Shown here in pieces: positions 59,841-64,000 of a DNA stretch of 64,000 bases. Positions within the stretch are counted from its first letter, which is position 1; each line of letters opens with the position of its first letter. The notes beneath the pieces were generated by a model. It was not told the origin of the DNA. It worked only from the letters and a program-made list of their open reading frames with translations, and did no database searches. The position numbers were made by a program, and so were the translations under genes. This stretch comes from Vicugna vicugna (lineage: Eukaryota). The stretch spans positions 71,789 to 135,788 of the forward strand of contig MU057654.1 in the NCBI GenBank assembly GCA_013265495.1, written 5' to 3'.

Positions 59841-62800
59841 GCACCCCAGGGAAAGGAACTTCAGGTATTCACAAGGCAGAAGTTCGAAGGGAAAAAACAA
59901 TACTACATAATTTCTTTCCCAGCCAGGGCGCTTTAGTATTCTCTAGGAAGCTGAGATGTGATTTGGTGAAAGAGAGGAGGCCAGGTAGTGAAGTGCAGTA
60001 GAACTAGAAGGTCAGGGAAAGGGAAGGGGGACTGACAGAAAAAGGAGACAGAGATGAGAGAGGAAAGGCCAAAGAAATAAGTGGGAGGAAACCTCCCTGT
60101 GGTGAAATTCAGCATCTTGTAGTGTAGAAACTTGCCGTAGGGTATTTAAGGAGAGACCAGATTAGAAATTTGAGGAGGTTAGAGTGTATCCTTGAGCTTT
60201 AAGGTAGGATCGGTTGGATTTTAGGATTTTAGGGTCTGGTGGAGGGGGTTGTATTGAGCAAGAGACTGGCAGAAGCACAGACTTCAGGAACCACTTTGGA
60301 GAATTTTCTTTGGCTATTTGAAGGTGTGACCTTGTAAAGCAAGGTTTACAGGCCCATCTTTAAGGTGGTTTGGGTTTTAAAACATGTTGTTTTACTTACC
60401 AACACTTATTACTCCTAACATAAAAAGATATTTCTTGATTATTTCAGTAGTAGTGGTATTTAGTTCACACAAAGTATTATATTCTTGTAAACAGCCTACT
60501 AATAGCAAACTGTAAAAATTGCCATTGAAATGTGTTTTAAAGCAGTTTTGGAAATGCTTCTTAGATGGTCGAGACCGAGTCCACCACAGAAGATCTCAGT
60601 AAAGCATTTTGCCATTGTAAATTTCGTAGTTAATTTCCAGTATTTTCTGTGTTACCTTGTGCTGCTAATTTGCCTCCAAAGTGAAAGGTCGTGGACACCA
60701 AAATAGAGTAGAATAATCTAAGTTACTTTTTCTTAGGAGGACACCCCATTAAAATTATCCCATAAAAATAATTTTCTCTTCACATTCTTAAATGATCCCA
60801 TAACCTTTGACACCTCTCACTTTGGAGGAATGGCAAAGCAGTGAAAAAAAAATCCCTTACAGTATTTGTCATAGGCACATTACATAAATGGCACTAATTA
60901 AATATGGAAGTTAGAAATACACTGTAATATGATAATGTTTTTTTATTTATTAACTCTCATACTGAAGGCAACCTTTGAAAGACTGTTTTGTGTCTTCAGT
61001 CAGCCTGGAGTTGTACAATTTTTCTGGGATGAAAATATGAAGTCTTCTGAATTTTTTGTTTTTATACCAGAATTTCTGTGTATAACCAGCATGAAGGAGA
61101 AAATAGTTTTATAAGTGGTCAAGATCACAATTCATTCTGGCTCGCATGGCCTTTTCACAGTAAGGTTTAGGACCAACACCTCATAGAAAAATGGCTTTTT
61201 GCCTGGCTCTGTGACTGGCTTGGTTGCAGTATCTTTGAATGTATGCAGTTATTAATGGCTTTAAGAGATATAAATTAAGAAAGCAGCAGCAATACTGTGT
61301 CTATAATGTTGTTAGCTGGTAAAAAATGAGGAGAACGCTAGAATAGGGGTCTGGTGCAGTGAACCTAGGTTAGATTTTTCTGACTGTTAACAGATCCCAA
61401 GCTTCCTGGATTTGGGTTTTGACATTTCTGAAATAGAGGTATTGAACTAACCAGACTCCGAGGTTTATTTCAGATCTGAAAGTATAAACCATGATTTTGC
61501 AGTTCTGCATTGCTATTCCTTCGATGGCATTTCCATGGCTGTGCACTAGAACAGTGATTCATAGGCCATAGAAACCTTGATCAAGAGTTATGACCTGACA
61601 TTCAGTGAGTAATGAAGTCTTTGTTGTTAGTACTGAGACAATTTGCTAGGATATGAGAAACCAAATACAATTGCTACCTAAAAATTACCTCTTGCCATTT
61701 CATTTTCGGTAAGTATCCTTCGTTAACTGTTCAGTCCAAACCAAAACTCTTACCTTTTCACTTAACAAATGGTATAGTACACTGTCCAAAACACTATTGG
61801 GTCTCAAAATATTTTTGTTTAGATATTTATAAAGGCCATAATAAAAGATTACCAGTTATGATAGTGGATAAAGGAGAAGAGAGAAAACCGTTTCTATGTG
61901 GTATGCCAATATCTTATGCTTGTTTGTTTTCCAAGTCCTAGTTAGGAGATGGCTCTAAAAGGTGGCAAAGAATTGTTAAGATTCCGATATTGCAAGTCCA
62001 GTCCAGATAGGACCCTTAAAAGTGATTTGATAAAGCATTTGCTGATCCATTTTCAACTATAATCAATACGCCTGAGGATTTCATCTGTCTTGGGGTTGGT
62101 AATGAGCAATGTCAGTGAAGATTACAAATTGCCAAGCAGGGAAGATTAGCTTTCAAAAGTTAGAAATGGGAAATTGGGCAATCAACTTAAAAACAAATCA
62201 GCAAACAAAAGAAATGCCAAGTGAACACATATGAAAAGACACATACTTACCCCAAATTCATGGTAAGGGGAGTCATGAGATTTTGTAGGACCCTTCATAT
62301 TTCATTCAGTGAAGTTTTTCAAAAATGTTTGATGGCTCAGAAATGAATTTTCACCCACTATTGGTGTTGTGATGTAATCATAGTAAAAATCAACACAAAA
62401 ATAAACAAAATCCCTCTTTTTTTATTTCCCTCTTCCTTTTAAGAAAAAGAAATTATTAAATAGATTATCCTTTAGATTGGAGGACATCCTGGCTAATTTT
62501 ATTTAGTTAATAATCTGCTTACATTGCAATTACCTAACAAGACTTTCCTTTGTCTCAGTAGTATTCAGTAAAGTTTCAAGTACACCATAAGAAAACCTAG
62601 TTAATAGCCTTTCCTTCATGTGTTCAGGAATCATTTATTGAACACGTGTGTGTGTGCACGTGTCCATGTGCCAGGCACTTGGCTCAGTGCCCAGAATATA
62701 CAAATGAGCTAGACCCAGCTATATTATGGAGCTCAATAGTAGTGCTTGATAGTAAAATTATAAAATAAATACAATAATTGTGAAAAATGCAGTCTTAAGT

Positions 62801-64000
62801 ATAACTAGTCAGACTCCTGAACTGTCAAGACTGTTCCATTGTTTATTATAAATCTGTACTCTGCCCATGGTGTCTCAAATACTATACGCACACTTAAACT
62901 CATTATATTATACATCTAATGTTAGTACTAAGGAAAAATAACTAGCCAGCTGTTAGAGTTAATTTGTACTTCTCTGCATTTGTCAGGGTGGGGATCTGTG
63001 GAGAGAGGTTAATAACCATTTCTTAGTTTCTGACCCTCTGTCTTTATTAGGTGTCAGTATGTGAAAATATTGACTAAGCATCTATATTCATCAGCATCTA
63101 CTATATTCATCACATATAACTGTTAGGATATGAACTTTGATTCTTTTTCACCTAAAACCAGTCTTGCAGATCTATCCTTCCATTTACTAACCTGTTGGAA
63201 TGAAGGGCATGGTGGCCTTCTGATGCCATGGGATCAAGTAAGTTAGTGGATTTACACAGGACCCAAATTCAGTTTTTAACTTCACAAGCATTACTCCTGA
63301 GCTGGCTAGCCACAGAGTACTTACGATTATGAAGGTCAAGGACTTAGTTTAAATAAAGACAAAGTAAATATTAAACATGAGTACTCCCAATTATTTTGTT
63401 AATTCCATTGCATTTTGTAATTGTTAATATGCCAGGAGAAAGTCTTCATTATTTTTTGATTGTGATAATCTGTGCAAAATAGCCAGAACTTGCCAAACTC
63501 ATAGGTCAGGTACTAATCTTCACTGAGAAAGTAAGCATACTAGATGGCATTATAGCTATGAGTGTTCATAATGCTGACAGGTACAGATCTACATTTCTGG
63601 TACAATTAATATATCTGAAAACTCCTTAAATGGAGTGAGTGTGACCTTTAAGAGAAAAAACGAGTTAAAACTCCTTGGCAAGGTTAACATGGTCAGTCTC
63701 CTGTAACTTAGTGTTGTGTTCTGCTCATTCTTTCCTAACATTATGATGGTATTAAAAGATTGCAAAGGCCAAATCAGCTATTTAGAAAAATCCTTTTTAA
63801 TCGAGATTGTTTGAGGGAGGTTATCTCTCAAGATACAATCATGGAGAATATAATACATGTGCTCTGTGTAGAACTAAAATGATTATTTCTCAGATTTCTT
63901 AATGTCTCCTGATTTCAAATCTGTGACTAAGAATGACATACATGTTTTTAGTATTGAAGTCAACTCTTTTGAGATTTGTTCCATTCTTGTCACTTTAAAT

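Noticed and set aside
59232..59936. 234-aa ORF and overlapping antisense ORFs as single-exon genes
   Set aside because: It has a TTG start upstream of the promoter motifs and reads through a strong splice donor at 59605; GC-rich DNA is poor in stop codons.
59605..64000. Second ZMAT1 exon
   Set aside because: No zinc-finger-like coding segment with convincing splice sites was seen; treated as intron.
1..64000. CRISPR arrays, rRNA or prokaryotic systems
   Set aside because: The sequence is mammalian and has no such structures.

Overview
AT-rich, repeat-dense mammalian DNA. The tRNA-derived SINEs look like camelid Vic-1. The only clearly active gene element is a CpG-island promoter and first coding exon at about 59.3-59.6 kb (+), which I recognise as ZMAT1 (human Xq22.1), followed by its first intron, so the window is probably X-linked. 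Roughly half of the upstream 59 kb is L1, L2, MIR, LTR and SINE sequence. The non-repeat gaps are not featureless: they repeatedly translate into decayed histone H2A and H2B sequences, often as head-to-head H2A/H2B pairs and sometimes with octamer/TATA promoter remnants and histone 3' stem-loops. One copy (H2B, 33839-34224, H2B.1/TSH2B-like) is unambiguous. About 25-30 others range from well supported to tentative and were read by eye. The main hypothesis is a fossil X-linked H2A-H2B cluster. A duplicated ~1.4 kb block inside it carries convergent CTCF motifs with upstream motifs. Repeat subfamily names and most pseudogene boundaries are approximate.
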